Program-made: the position numbers and the translations under genes
Assembly (NCBI GenBank): GCA_965198005.1
Contig: CBDAOI010000002.1
Span: 512,001 to 576,000, forward strand
Length of the DNA: 64,000 bases
Source: Spirochaetia bacterium
Lineage (GTDB): Bacteria > Spirochaetota > Spirochaetia > SZUA-6 > Bin103
Direction of reading: 5' to 3'
Notes under the pieces: model-generated
Database searches by the model: none
What the model was told of the DNA's origin: nothing
Seen by the model: only the letters and a program-made list of their open reading frames with translations
Part shown: one piece after another, positions 47,003 to 58,247 of the stretch
How positions within the stretch are numbered: position 1 is the first letter of the stretch
Layout: each line of letters starts with the position of its first letter

Positions 47003-48019
47003 ATGAGACGTTCAAGCAGCTTGGGCCGGGCCGCGCCGGCCGCGGTACGCGCGCGGATCGTAACGGTCGTAGTGGTGGCATGGTGGACGCTCGGATGCGA
47101 ACCGATCGGCCATGCCCTGGAAGAGGACGTGGACCTGCTGCCGCCCGTGGTCCTGGGGGTGGCGGCCGTGGCCGAGGATACGGTAACCGTCACGTTCGAC
47201 GAAGCGGCCACCGTCACCGTCGAGGAAGTCGCGTTCGAACCGGCGATGGGCGTGGCGGAGGTGACCGCGGGGGAGACGGTGTCGATCCGGACCGACGGCG
47301 CCCTGGCCATCGGCGCGGAGTACACCCTGCATGCCACCGCCCGCGACGCGCGCGGCAACTCCACTACCTTCGTCGCCCGCTTCGCGGGCCACAACCCGCG
47401 CCCGCCCGGACTGCTGATCAACGAATTCACCACCAAGGGCAGCAAGAAGCGGCGAGACGCGATCGAGCTGTACGTCACCGACGGCGGCAATCTCGGCGGC
47501 GTCACCCTGTACGACGGCACCGCCGACGACTATCGCGACCACGTGGTGCTGCCCCCGGTCGAGGTGAGCACCGGCGACTACGTCGTGATCCACGCCACCA
47601 CCGACGGTCCGGGCGAGGGTGCGACCGAGCAGGCCGGGGAGTTGGACTTCTGGATGGAGAAGGGCGAGGGGCTGTCCGGCAACAACGGCGTGCTCACGCT
47701 GTACGTGGCGCCGACCGGAGAGCTGCTCGACGGGTTGCTTTACAGCAACCGCACGTCGGACTCGGATGAACGCTACCGTGGATTCGGCAGCAAGGCGACC
47801 ATGGAACGGGCCGACCGCCTGGTGGAACTCGGCGGCTGGCAGATCGTGGGGACGCAGGCGGCGCCGGAGGACGCGGTCAGCTCGGCCGCCACCACTTCCA
47901 CCCGCTCGCTCAACCGCGACTCATCGAGCACCGACACCGATGCCGCCGCCGACTGGCACACCGTCCCCACCCGCGGCGCAAGTTTCGGCTCCCCCAACGA
48001 CGACCGCGTCCACGAGTGA
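47003..48019 (+). CDS. Ig-like + lamin-tail-domain lipoprotein (TP0183-like)
   Basis: TLG-C; V.FDE; ARDARGN; LLINE; IELY; GLSGNNG; AADW..GSPN. Confidence 0.7.
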   Translation: MRRSSSLGRAAPAAVRARIVTVVVVAWWTLGCEPIGHALEEDVDLLPPVVLGVAAVAEDTVTVTFDEAATVTVEEVAFEPAMGVAEVTAGETVSIRTDGALAIGAEYTLHATARDARGNSTTFVARFAGHNPRPPGLLINEFTTKGSKKRRDAIELYVTDGGNLGGVTLYDGTADDYRDHVVLPPVEVSTGDYVVIHATTDGPGEGATEQAGELDFWMEKGEGLSGNNGVLTLYVAPTGELLDGLLYSNRTSDSDERYRGFGSKATMERADRLVELGGWQIVGTQAAPEDAVSSAATTSTRSLNRDSSSTDTDAAADWHTVPTRGASFGSPNDDRVHE

Positions 48020-48027
48020 CGATCCGG

Positions 48028-48351
48028 TCAGACCTCGTTCTTGAACATGCCCTCGATGGTTTCGCGGGGGACGGCGCCGACCTGTTGGCGGACCACCTCG
48101 CCACGCTTGAACAGCAGCAGGGTTGGGATGCTGACGATGTTGAAGCGCTGCGCGATCTCACCGTGGTCGTCGACGTTGACCTTGGCCACCTTGAGCCGGC
48201 CGGCGTAGTCCTGGGAGATCTGCTGCAGCACAGGGGCGATCATCTTGCACGGGGCGCACCACTCGGCCCAGAAGTCGACGATGACCGGGGTGTCGGCCTC
48301 CAGCACCTCGGCGGTGAAATTGTCCTGGCTGATGGTTACTTCGGTTGACAT
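48028..48351 (-). CDS. trxA: Thioredoxin
   Basis: VDFWAEWCAPCKMIAP, SIPTL; GAGGAG RBS. Confidence 0.96.
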   Translation of the reverse strand: MSTEVTISQDNFTAEVLEADTPVIVDFWAEWCAPCKMIAPVLQQISQDYAGRLKVAKVNVDDHGEIAQRFNIVSIPTLLLFKRGEVVRQQVGAVPRETIEGMFKNEV

Positions 48352-48422
48352 TGGTTGCTCCTCGGAAATGACGCATTCTCTGGCGTACGACAATATACTG
48401 GCATCCGGGCGCCGGAGCCACG

Positions 48423-49225
48423 TCAATCCGCCGGCGCGGCCGGCGCGCGCGGGCCGGCCGGCGGGTCGGCTTGGGCGTCGGCGCCGGCGGTCAGCAGCCG
48501 GGCGACCGCCTGCGCCATCAGGGGCCGGGGGGCGGCGTGCGGCTCCCGGCGCAGCAGGTGCACGAACCAGGTGCCCACCACCACGTAGGCCACGTGCGGC
48601 GCAAGCGCCCGCACCTGGCTGTGGTCGCGCACGCCGAAGCCGGCCAGCGGCCGGCCGCCCAGCTCCCGGATCGCCCGCAGGAAGGCCAGGTTGTCGTCGC
48701 CGATCGCGGTGTAGCTGCCGGTAATCCCCTTGCGCAGCGCGGCGTACACCCAGTCGGTCTCGACCTGCTCCACGATCAGGCGCAGGCGCTCCGGCGCCGT
48801 GCTCGGCACGACCACCGGGATCACGGCCACTCCGGTCGCGGCGCCGGCCGCGTACAGCCCCTCGTCGTAGTCGGGCGGCAGGTCGGGGGCAATGATCGCG
48901 TCCGCGCCGGCGGCGCGGCAGCGCTGCACGAAGCCGGCGACGCCGTTCCGGAACACGAGATTGGCGTAGCTCATCACCGCGATCGGGATCCCGGAATAGG
49001 CGCGCAGCGCCGCCACCAGGTCGAAGCCGCGCTGCACGGTGAACCCGGCGGCCAGCGCGCCGTCGCACGCGGCCTGAATGTGCGGGCCGTCGGCGGTGGG
49101 ATCGCTGAACGGAAACTGCACCTCCAGGAACGCCGCGCCGCCGTCCACCAGCCCCTTGCCCACCTCCAGCGACGCCTCCCAGTCGGGAAACGACGCCACC
49201 AGGTGGGCCATGACGCGCGCGCCGC

Positions 49226-49229
<4 letters not shown>
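48423..49229 (-). CDS. trpA: Tryptophan synthase alpha chain
   Basis: LEVQFPFSDPTADGP.IQ, MSYAN, PDLP, GITG, GFG. Confidence 0.94.
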
Positions 49230-50466
<1,237 letters not shown>

Positions 50467-50470
<4 letters not shown>

Positions 50471-51957
50471 GCGGTACTCCGTGAGACGGTGGCGTGCGCC
50501 GCCGCCTGGATCTGGCGGAAGAACTCGCGCAGCCGGGCGGGGTCCTTGCGGCCGGGTGCGGCCTCGAGCTGGCTGGAGCTGTCGACCAGCTCCGGCGCGT
50601 GCTCCCGAATGATCGCGCCGACGTTGTCGGGGCCGACCCCGCCGGCCAGCCACAGCGGGTGGGGCGGGGGCTGCTGCGCGGCGCGGGCGGCCAGCAGGGC
50701 GCGGTCGACGCGGCGTCCGGTGCCGCCGCGCACCGCGCCCGAGAACGCATCCAGCAGCACGCGCGGACAGCGGTAGCGCCGCTCGGCGGCGAGGTCCGCG
50801 GCCGACCCCACCTGCAGCGCCTTGTAGTATGGAAACGCCAGCTCGTAGCACTGCTCCGGCGCCTCGTCCCCGTGGAGCTGCACGGCGTCCAGCAAGCCCT
50901 GCTCCAGCAGGCTGCGGGCGACCGCGGTGTCGTTCACCACCACCCCCACCGTGAGCGCCGGCACGTCGCCCAGCCGGACGATCTCCTCCGGGTCGGCCCG
51001 TCGCGGCGACGGCGCGAGGATGAACCCGAGCAGGTCTGCCCCCAGCTCGACCGCGCGTACGGCGTCGTCACGCCGGGTCAGGCCGCACACCTTGACCAGC
51101 GGCCGGCCGCCGTCGGCGCCGGCACGCGCGCTGCGGTCGTGCAGGGCGCCGAACACCCGCTGCCAGAACCGGTGTCCGCCGGCGGCGTGCTCCAGCACCC
51201 GGCCCAGCTCGGCCACCAGCTCCGGACGGCGCACCACCGCCTCCCCGACCAGCACGCCGTCGAACCCGGCGGCGCAGGCGAACGCGGCATCCTCGGCGGT
51301 GTGGATGCCGGACTCGAACAGCAGCGTCGTGGGCCAATCGATCGCGGGCCGCAGCCGCGCCGGCAGCGTGGTGTCCACCTGAAACGTGCTCAGGTCGCGG
51401 CTGTTGATGCCGGTCAACTCCGGACGGACGGCGCGCGCCTTGGCCAGGTCGGCGCGGTCGTGTACCTCCACCAGGGCCGTCATGCCGAGCGCGCGGGCGC
51501 GCGCCGCCAGCGCCCGCAGCTCCGCCACCTCGAGGCAGGAGGCGAGCAGCAGCACGGCGTCGGCTCCGGCGCGGCAGGAGACCTCCAGGTCCCGTTCGTC
51601 GAGCAGAAAGTCCTTGCGCAGCACGCTGAGCTGCGGGCAGGCCGCCTTCACCGCCATCAGGTCGCCCAGGGAGCCGCCGAAGTGATCGGGCTCGGTGAGC
51701 ACCGACACGTTACGCACCCCGGCCGCGGCGTAGCGGCGCGCCTGTTCAACCGCGTCCAGCCCGGCGGCGATGTTGCCGCGCGACGGCGAGGCGCGCTTGA
51801 TCTCGCACACCAGCAGGCGCGCGCGGGCGGCGGCCGCCGCCGGCAGGAACGGCACCGGCGGCAGGGTCCGCCGCGGCGGCACCGCCTCGCCCAGCTCCGG
51901 CCCCTCGACCCGCACCCGGCGGCGGCGGCCGGCTACGATCTCCTGCAGGTACGCCAC
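50467..51957 (-). CDS. trpCF: Bifunctional indole-3-glycerol-phosphate synthase / PRA isomerase
   Basis: EIKRASPS, SVLTE, LRKDF, ESGI; VKVCG, QLHGDE, GGTG, LAGG. Confidence 0.95.
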
Positions 51958-51960
51958 GGG

Positions 51961-53589
51961 TCAACCGGAGCCGGCCGCCGCCGCCGGCTTCTCCCTGAGG
52001 CCGGCGGCGGTGGCGATCACCCGTTCCAGCAGCGCGGCCGCGCTGCCGTCGCTCAGCGCCGCGCGCGCGCGCCGGTAGCCGCCTTCGATATCGGCCGCCA
52101 CTCCGCACACGTACAGCGCGGCGCCGGCGTTCAGCGCCACCGCGTCGCGCAGCCCGTCGGCGCCGCCGCCGGCCAGCAGCGCGTGCGCCGCCGCCGCGTT
52201 GTCGGCGGCGCTGCCCCCTTTGAGCTGGTCCAGGCTCACGCACGCGATCCCGCAGCTCTCCGGCCCGAACTCGCGCTGCACCAGGCGGCCGTCCTCGCCA
52301 ATTTCTACCATTGTAGTGGGCCCGGTCACCGACACCTCATCCTGGCCGTCGCGACCGTGCACCACCAGCACCCGGCGCACACCGAGCAGCCGCGCGGCGC
52401 GCGCCACCGGCTCGCACAGAGCGGCGTCGTACACCCCGATCAACTGGAATTCGGCCTCGGCGGGATTCACCAGCGGGCCGAGCAGGTTCATCACGCTCTT
52501 GATCCCCAGTTCGGCGCGCACCGGCGCGGCGTGACGCATGGCGCCGTGGTAGGTGGGCGCGAACAGGAACGCGAACCCGGTCTGCTCCAGCAACGCGCCC
52601 GCCTGCTCCGGGGTGAGGTCGGCCGCGACCCCCAGCTCGCGGTAGAAGTCGGCGCTGCCGCTCGGTGAGCTCACCCCGCGGTTGCCGTGCTTGGCCACCC
52701 GGGCACCGCAGCTCGCGGCCACCAGCGCCGCCAGCGACGAGATGTTGAACGTGGCCAGGCCGTCGCCGCCGGTGCCGCAGGTATCCACCAGCGGCCCCGC
52801 GCACTCCAGGCGCCGCTTCTTGCGCTTCAGCACCGCCGCGAAACCGGCGATCTCCTCCGCGGTATAGCCCTTCAGCGCCAGCGCCACCAGCATCGCGGCG
52901 AGCTGACTGGCCGGCAGCCGGCCGGTGGTGACCTCGTCCATCAGCTCCGACGCTTCCTGCAGGCTGAGCGCCTCGCCCCGCATCACCCGGTCCAGCAGCG
53001 GGCGGAAGGTGAACGGCTCCCGCCGGTACTCCACGAAGTTGGCCAGCAGCCGGATACCGGCCTCGGAGGCGATCGACTCGGGATGGAACTGCACCCCCTC
53101 GACCACCCACTCGCGGTGCCGGATTCCCATCACCTCGCCGTCGGCGGTGGTGGCGGTAACCTCGAACTCCGGCGGGATGGTGTCGCGCTGCACCACCAGC
53201 GAGTGATAGCGCGTGAACACCGAGGGCGAGGGTATCGCCCGGAACAGTCCGCGCCCGTCGAGGCTGATCCGGTCGGTCTTGCCGTGCACGATGCTGCCGG
53301 CGCCGACGATGCTCGCCCCGAACGCGCAGCCGATCGCCTGATGGCCCAGGCAAACCCCCAGAATCGGGGTCTTGCCGGCGAAGTGGCGCACCACCTCGAC
53401 CGACACGCCCGCGTCTTCGGGGCGGCCGGGACCCGGCGAGATCACGATGCCCTCCGGTTGCAGCCGCTCCAGTTGCGCCACCGTGATGCGGTCGTTGCGA
53501 AACACGCGCACCTCGGTCGGAACCAGCGGCGCCAGATACTGAAACAGGTTGTAGGTAAAGGAATCGTAGTTGTCGATGATCACGTACAT
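51961..53589 (-). CDS. trpGD: Bifunctional anthranilate synthase component II / anthranilate phosphoribosyltransferase
   Basis: IDNYDSFTYNL, SPGPG, GVCLGHQ, QFHPES; DTCGTGGD, FNIS, KHGNR. Confidence 0.95.
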   Translation of the reverse strand: MYVIIDNYDSFTYNLFQYLAPLVPTEVRVFRNDRITVAQLERLQPEGIVISPGPGRPEDAGVSVEVVRHFAGKTPILGVCLGHQAIGCAFGASIVGAGSIVHGKTDRISLDGRGLFRAIPSPSVFTRYHSLVVQRDTIPPEFEVTATTADGEVMGIRHREWVVEGVQFHPESIASEAGIRLLANFVEYRREPFTFRPLLDRVMRGEALSLQEASELMDEVTTGRLPASQLAAMLVALALKGYTAEEIAGFAAVLKRKKRRLECAGPLVDTCGTGGDGLATFNISSLAALVAASCGARVAKHGNRGVSSPSGSADFYRELGVAADLTPEQAGALLEQTGFAFLFAPTYHGAMRHAAPVRAELGIKSVMNLLGPLVNPAEAEFQLIGVYDAALCEPVARAARLLGVRRVLVVHGRDGQDEVSVTGPTTMVEIGEDGRLVQREFGPESCGIACVSLDQLKGGSAADNAAAAHALLAGGGADGLRDAVALNAGAALYVCGVAADIEGGYRRARAALSDGSAAALLERVIATAAGLREKPAAAAGSG

Positions 53590-53599
53590 CGGCGTCCTC

Positions 53600-55048
53600 C
53601 TACAGCTCCAGCCCGACCGCGGCGGCCAGGGCACGCAGCTTGTTCTGGGTCTCCTCGTACTCGTTGCGCGGCACCGAGTCGTACACCACGCCGGCGCCGG
53701 CGTGCAGCACCAGCCGGTCGCCCTTCTTCACCGCCGAGCGGATGGTGATGCAGGAGTCGAGCGAGCCGTCCGGCTCAACATAGCCCACGATGCCGGCGTA
53801 GAAGCCGCGCGTCTCGCTTTCCAGGGCGTCCAGCGTCTCCATCGCCTGGATTTTCGGCGCGCCGGTCACGGTCCCGGCCGGGAACGTGGCGCGCACGGCG
53901 TGGGTACCGTCCCGGTCCGGCTGCAGGTCCGCCTCCACCTGCGACACGATGTGCATCACGTGCGAGTAGCGTTCGATCACGTTGCGCTCGGTCACTTCCA
54001 CGGTGCCCGGCCGCGACACCCGCCCCATGTCGTTGCGCGCCAGATCCACCAGCATCAAGTGCTCGGCCAGTTCCTTCTCGTCGGACAGCAGGTCGGTCTC
54101 CAGCGCCTGGTCCGCGCGCCGGTCGGCGCCGCGCGGCCGGGTGCCGGCGATCGGCCGCATCATGATGCGGCTGCCGGTCGTCTTGACGTGCACCTCCGGC
54201 GACGCCCCGAACAGTTGGAAGTCGCCGCAGTCCACGTAGAACATGTAAGGCGAGGGGTTGGCCGAACGCAGGTTGCGGTAGGCTTCGAGCGCCGTCAGCG
54301 GGGTCTCGATGACCAAGCGGCGTGACAACACCGCCTGGAACAGATTGCCCTTGATGATCTCCTCGCGCAGCAGCTCGACGCCGTCCATGAACTGCTGCTG
54401 GTCGTCGCTGCCCGGCACGGCCGCGGCCGGGTGGGAGCGGGGCTCGGTCATGAAGTTGAAGTCGAGGTCGTTGATGCGCCGCTCGGTCTCGTCGAGGGCG
54501 CGCTCCAGGTCGATGGCGTGCTCGTCGTAGTTGACGCCGACCAGGGTCAGCGTATCGGTATAGTGATCGAACACCACGAACACGTGGCCGAACACGAAGT
54601 ACGCCTCCGGCAACCCCAGCGAGTCGGCCTTCGCCACCAGCCGCACCGTGTCGAAGCGGGTGGCGTACTCGTACGACAGATAGCCGACGCCGCCGACCGG
54701 AAACGGGAACGGGTGCGGCCCTGACGCGCGATGCTGGTTGGCGAAGTACAGCAGCACGTCGAGCACGTCGCGCCCCGAGCTGCGCAGCCGGAAGCGGCGG
54801 CCGTCCCGCACCATGAACACCTCTCCGTTCCACTCCTCGAGCGCGAACGCCGGCCGCAGCAGCAGGATGCTGTAGCGTTCGCGGCCGCGGTGGAACGAGG
54901 CGGATTCCAGCAGCACGGTGGCATTCAGCTTGCGCGCCAGCGTGTAGGGAGTGAACCGCTCGCCCGGAATCGTACGCAGCGCGGTACGCTCATGGGACTG
55001 GAGGGAGACGGCCGGGGCGGATGCGATCGGATCGCTCTGTGTGCTCAT
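53600..55048 (-). CDS. trpE: Anthranilate synthase component I
   Basis: LLES, NPSPYMF, GASPE, PIAGTRPRG, EHLMLVDLARND, FPAGTVTGAPK; GAGGAG RBS. Confidence 0.96.
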   Translation of the reverse strand: MSTQSDPIASAPAVSLQSHERTALRTIPGERFTPYTLARKLNATVLLESASFHRGRERYSILLLRPAFALEEWNGEVFMVRDGRRFRLRSSGRDVLDVLLYFANQHRASGPHPFPFPVGGVGYLSYEYATRFDTVRLVAKADSLGLPEAYFVFGHVFVVFDHYTDTLTLVGVNYDEHAIDLERALDETERRINDLDFNFMTEPRSHPAAAVPGSDDQQQFMDGVELLREEIIKGNLFQAVLSRRLVIETPLTALEAYRNLRSANPSPYMFYVDCGDFQLFGASPEVHVKTTGSRIMMRPIAGTRPRGADRRADQALETDLLSDEKELAEHLMLVDLARNDMGRVSRPGTVEVTERNVIERYSHVMHIVSQVEADLQPDRDGTHAVRATFPAGTVTGAPKIQAMETLDALESETRGFYAGIVGYVEPDGSLDSCITIRSAVKKGDRLVLHAGAGVVYDSVPRNEYEETQNKLRALAAAVGLEL

Positions 55049-55112
55049 GACATGCTCCTCGTCACGGTATGCGCCGGCCAGGTTGCCCGAGGAGCGAGGC
55101 CCGGGGCGGTGC

Positions 55113-55235
55113 CAATGAAACAAGCCGCCGACCCTGGTCACTCCCGACAACCAGAACCCGCGGCTCGTGGGGCGCTCTACAACGCATACGCCCCGCTGAC
55201 GTGGCGGCTCCCGGTTATCCCGAGACCCACCACCA
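55113..55235 (-). promoter_or_regulatory. trp attenuator hairpins
   Basis: TGGTGG-GTCTCGG/CCGGGAG-CCGCCA hairpin over the Trp codons; GGGGCG/CGCCCC; long GAGCCGC...GCGGCTT stem followed by GTTTCATT. Confidence 0.7.
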
Positions 55236-55262
55236 GTAATGGCTCGCTACGGCCAGAGTCAT
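55215..55262 (-). CDS. trpL: trp operon leader peptide MTLAVASHYWWWVSG
   Basis: ATG ACT CTG GCC GTA GCG AGC CAT TAC TGG TGG TGG GTC TCG GGA TAA, upstream of trpE. Confidence 0.9.
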   Translation of the reverse strand: MTLAVASHYWWWVSG

Positions 55263-55269
55263 GCCGTTG

Positions 55270-55299
55270 ATATTACAACACATCGCATCGCGACGTCAA
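55270..55299 (-). promoter_or_regulatory. sigma70-type trp promoter (leaderless trpL)
   Basis: TTGACG-18-TAATAT, 7 nt before the ATG. Confidence 0.7.
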
Positions 55300-55422
55300 G
55301 CGGGCGGGCAAGCCGTTGGCGTCGGCCCGACGCTGCTGCCGGTCGCCCAAATCACGTACAGCCCTGGCGTTCCGCATTGCCGCAGTGCGCCGAACGAGCG
55401 TAGGCACGGTACCGGTGCTCAC

Positions 55423-56134
55423 TCAGAACCGTTCGGAGACTTCCAGGTAGCGCACGTCCTCGGCGGCCGCACGGTCCAGATCGGCGGCGTCGATCCGATA
55501 CCCTGCCACCACCGGCACTGCTTCCTCGCCGAACACCGCAGCAAGTGTGTCCGCACTCTCCCGACTGCGGCGGATATCGTCCGCGTCGATCCGATTGGCC
55601 ACTTCCACGGCAATCCACACCGGCGTTCGTTCGCGGCTCCGCTGCGCGTGCAGGATGACATCCGTCGCGATGATCCGCTGCTCCTGTCGCGAACTGATCC
55701 GGCCGGCCTCCGCGGCGTCCGCGATCGCTTCCTCGAATTCCGCTTCGGCTTGGGGTTGCCCGCTCAGCACGATCCGGGCGCGCCTCAACTGTAAGCGCTG
55801 ACTGAGCAACGGCCGAATCCTTCGATGCACCTGCGTCTCCAAATCCGACCCCTTGAGATATCCCACGTCGGTCTTGAGCCCCGACGTCGGTCTTGAGCTC
55901 CGCTACGTCGGTCTTGAGTTCCGCTACGTCGGTCTTGAGTTCCGCTACGTCGGCCTTGAGTTCCGCTATGTCCTTCTCGATGCGGTCCAGACGCGCCGGC
56001 ATGCCAAGGAACTCGTTCGTCAGCAGGGCGCGCAACAGCGACCGCTGAGCCTGTGGGTTGGCCTGCAACTCCGCAATGATGCGGGCTACCAGCGACTCCG
56101 GATCGAGTTGTTCGGACGCGTGCTGCATCACCAT
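55423..56134 (-). pseudogene. Heptad coiled-coil + PD-(D/E)XK-like domain protein, frameshifted at 55879-55882
   Basis: N-part MVMQ...(LKTDVAE)n in ORF 55352..56656; C-part LKGSDLE...TDVIL...IAVEVA..ID.DDI.R in ORF 55423..55866. One repeat unit is 19 nt instead of 21. Confidence 0.7.
55853..55973. repeat. 21-bp tandem repeat (about 6 units) encoding DVAELKT
   Basis: GACGTAGCGGAACTCAAGACC units on the minus strand. Confidence 0.9.
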
Positions 56135-56285
56135 CGTGTTTCCCCCCGGGAAGACAACCAGAAACCTAAACCCGTATCCCCGCGTGGTCAAGGGAACGGC
56201 CTCGCGGCCTCGCGGCTTGTTGAAGCATGCAGGAAGGCGAGAGACCTTCTCCAGGCGCGCCAGGCGCGCTACCAGCTTGCTTCCC

Positions 56286-56327
56286 CACTGTCGCCCGGTG
56301 GGGTGGTTCCCCACGCGGGCGACAGTG
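56286..56327 (-). terminator. 18-bp GC-rich hairpin immediately 3' of ssb
   Basis: CACTGTCGCCCG-GTGGGG / CCCCAC-G-CGGGCGACAGTG; no U-tract. Confidence 0.55.
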
Positions 56328-56334
56328 AGATCGG

Positions 56335-56739
56335 CTACGACGCCCGCTTGGCGGCTGCGGGATCCTTGTCGGCGGCCGCGGCGTCCTCGCCGCCGCCGTT
56401 GGCGTCGGTCCGCCGCTGCGGCTGGAACTCCACGTGCTCGGCGACGATCATCACCTTCGAGCGGGCGTTGCCGTCGCCGTCCTGCCAGCGGTCCTGCTTG
56501 AGGCGGCCCACCACGCGCACGCCCCGCCCCTTCTTGAGGTAGTCGTTGCACACAGTCGCCAGCTTGCCCCAGGCGGTGGTTTCGATGAAGGAGACCTCCT
56601 CCTGGCGCTCGTCCTCCACCTTGTAGGAACGGTTCGACGCCACCATGAGGGTGCACACCGGCGTCCCCTTGGGGGTGAAGCGCAGGTCGGGGTCACGACA
56701 CAAGTTGCCTTCCAGCAACACGGAATTGAGATTGTTCAC
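56335..56739 (-). CDS. ssb: Single-stranded DNA-binding protein
   Basis: NSVLLEGNLCRDP, TPKG..V, AWGKLA, KKGRGVRVVGRLKQDRW, VAEHVEF; GGAGG RBS. Confidence 0.94.
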   Translation of the reverse strand: MNNLNSVLLEGNLCRDPDLRFTPKGTPVCTLMVASNRSYKVEDERQEEVSFIETTAWGKLATVCNDYLKKGRGVRVVGRLKQDRWQDGDGNARSKVMIVAEHVEFQPQRRTDANGGGEDAAAADKDPAAAKRAS

Positions 56740-57004
56740 AATGCCCTCCAGACAGTGTTTTGCGGAAGCCGCGCCGCGGGCGCTGCTCCGCTCTACCCTT
56801 GTCAACAGCGGCCGTTCGTTGCCGCTTCAACGGAGACGCCGCGCTGAGCACGCTCGGTGCTTCCGGTACCTGCGGGCCTACCGGGAGATCACGGGTGGCG
56901 GTTCGCGTACACCCCCGCCTGCTGGAGAATACCTGACGGGGTTGTCCGTCGACGTCGATCTCAACTCGGCGCGCTGGAGCGCGAGGAACTGCGGGCGGAC
57001 CGCT

Positions 57005-57847
57005 TCACGTGCCCCGCGGTCCGTCAACCGGGCGGTTCTTGCCGGTAGCTCGGAGGTTGGCGATCCTGCTCAGCAGGTCGAACCAGAACGGCGCGCCGAG
57101 ACTGATCGCCGCGACGGTCAGGAGCCAACCGACGACCACGCGTACCGTTATGCCGGGGAAGGGATCGGGATAGCCGATCGGAAACGTGCGGAGTTGCGCT
57201 CGCTCGTCGATCCCGCTCAGGTCTCCCGCCGCCACCGCTTCCTCCGCCGCAGCCGCAATCGCGCTGCGGAGCGCGCCGTCCAGCCACAGTTGCTCCGCGA
57301 TCCGCATCGTGTCCGCGTTCACCGCGACGGTGACGACCGCCGCTACCGCCAGCAGGAAGTACTTCACCTGCCGCTTGTACCAGCCCGCGATCCGGTCCAT
57401 GCCGGCGTCGAACCAATCGGCAACACGCCGCCCCAGCTCCTCGACCCGCGGCTCGGCCGTGTCCACCAAGCCGAGCAGCAGGTCGCGCGTCGGATTCTCG
57501 GCGTCGATCTTCCCGATGGTCTCGCGCAACTCCGCGGCGGTCAGCTCGAACGCGTGTTTGCCGGCCTTGTCCCGCGCCACGACCTCAAGCAGCGCGCCGG
57601 CGAAGATCTCCGGCCTGACGTACGACGGCAGCCGCTTCGGCTTGCGCAGCCCCTTGATCAGCGGGTGGTCGTACAGCGCCTGCGCGTACTCGTTGCCGAC
57701 CAAGTTCTCGATGCCGCGCCGGAGATTGCGCGAGCGCAGCCCAAACACGCCGGCGATCACCTCCTGTATCGAACTGCACACCAGACTCAGCGTCACGTAG
57801 AAGAAGATGAGGCCCAAGGCGACGTCAACGATCGGGCCGTTCAACAT
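57005..57847 (-). CDS. Conserved hypothetical membrane protein
   Basis: DVALGLIF, LYDHPLI, PSY, WFD..MDR..GWYKR, GWLLT..AISLGAPFWFDLL; three TM regions. Confidence 0.75.
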   Translation of the reverse strand: MLNGPIVDVALGLIFFYVTLSLVCSSIQEVIAGVFGLRSRNLRRGIENLVGNEYAQALYDHPLIKGLRKPKRLPSYVRPEIFAGALLEVVARDKAGKHAFELTAAELRETIGKIDAENPTRDLLLGLVDTAEPRVEELGRRVADWFDAGMDRIAGWYKRQVKYFLLAVAAVVTVAVNADTMRIAEQLWLDGALRSAIAAAAEEAVAAGDLSGIDERAQLRTFPIGYPDPFPGITVRVVVGWLLTVAAISLGAPFWFDLLSRIANLRATGKNRPVDGPRGT

Positions 57848-57924
57848 TCATCCCACCCTCCCACACCTACCGATGCTACGATAGTAGCCGATCCGGCTGG
57901 TTGCGATCACCGGCACACCCAGAA

Positions 57925-58197
57925 TTGATCGACCGCGCCTCGGCGGCCTCGGATGCACGCCTCGATCGGATGGTCGCGGAGTTGCAGTGGGCACGAGCGC
58001 AGCTCAATGTCCGGCTGGGGACGAACCGCGAGTTCCTGGCCGTAGCGCGGGGTGCTGCCGGAGCTCGCGGTCAGCCTCGACTACCGCAAGCCCCGCTCGG
58101 AGCCGCGGCCCGGCTCGCAATCGGAAACGCCTACCTGGCGATCGCCGCCGACCTCGGCTTCGACGTGCAGCAGGAACTGGTGGCGATCCCACGCTGA
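57925..58197 (+). CDS. Small hypothetical protein or gene remnant
   Basis: Helical ORF ending IAADLGFDVQQELVAIPR; no clear RBS. Confidence 0.3.
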   Translation: MIDRASAASDARLDRMVAELQWARAQLNVRLGTNREFLAVARGAAGARGQPRLPQAPLGAAARLAIGNAYLAIAADLGFDVQQELVAIPR

Positions 58198-58247
58198 GGC
58201 GTGTGCACTGTCGGCATGCTCCGCCGCCATTTTCGGCGATGGTGGCG

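Noticed and set aside
55853-55973. 21-bp repeats as a CRISPR array
   Set aside because: Head-to-tail coding repeats with no spacers and no cas genes.
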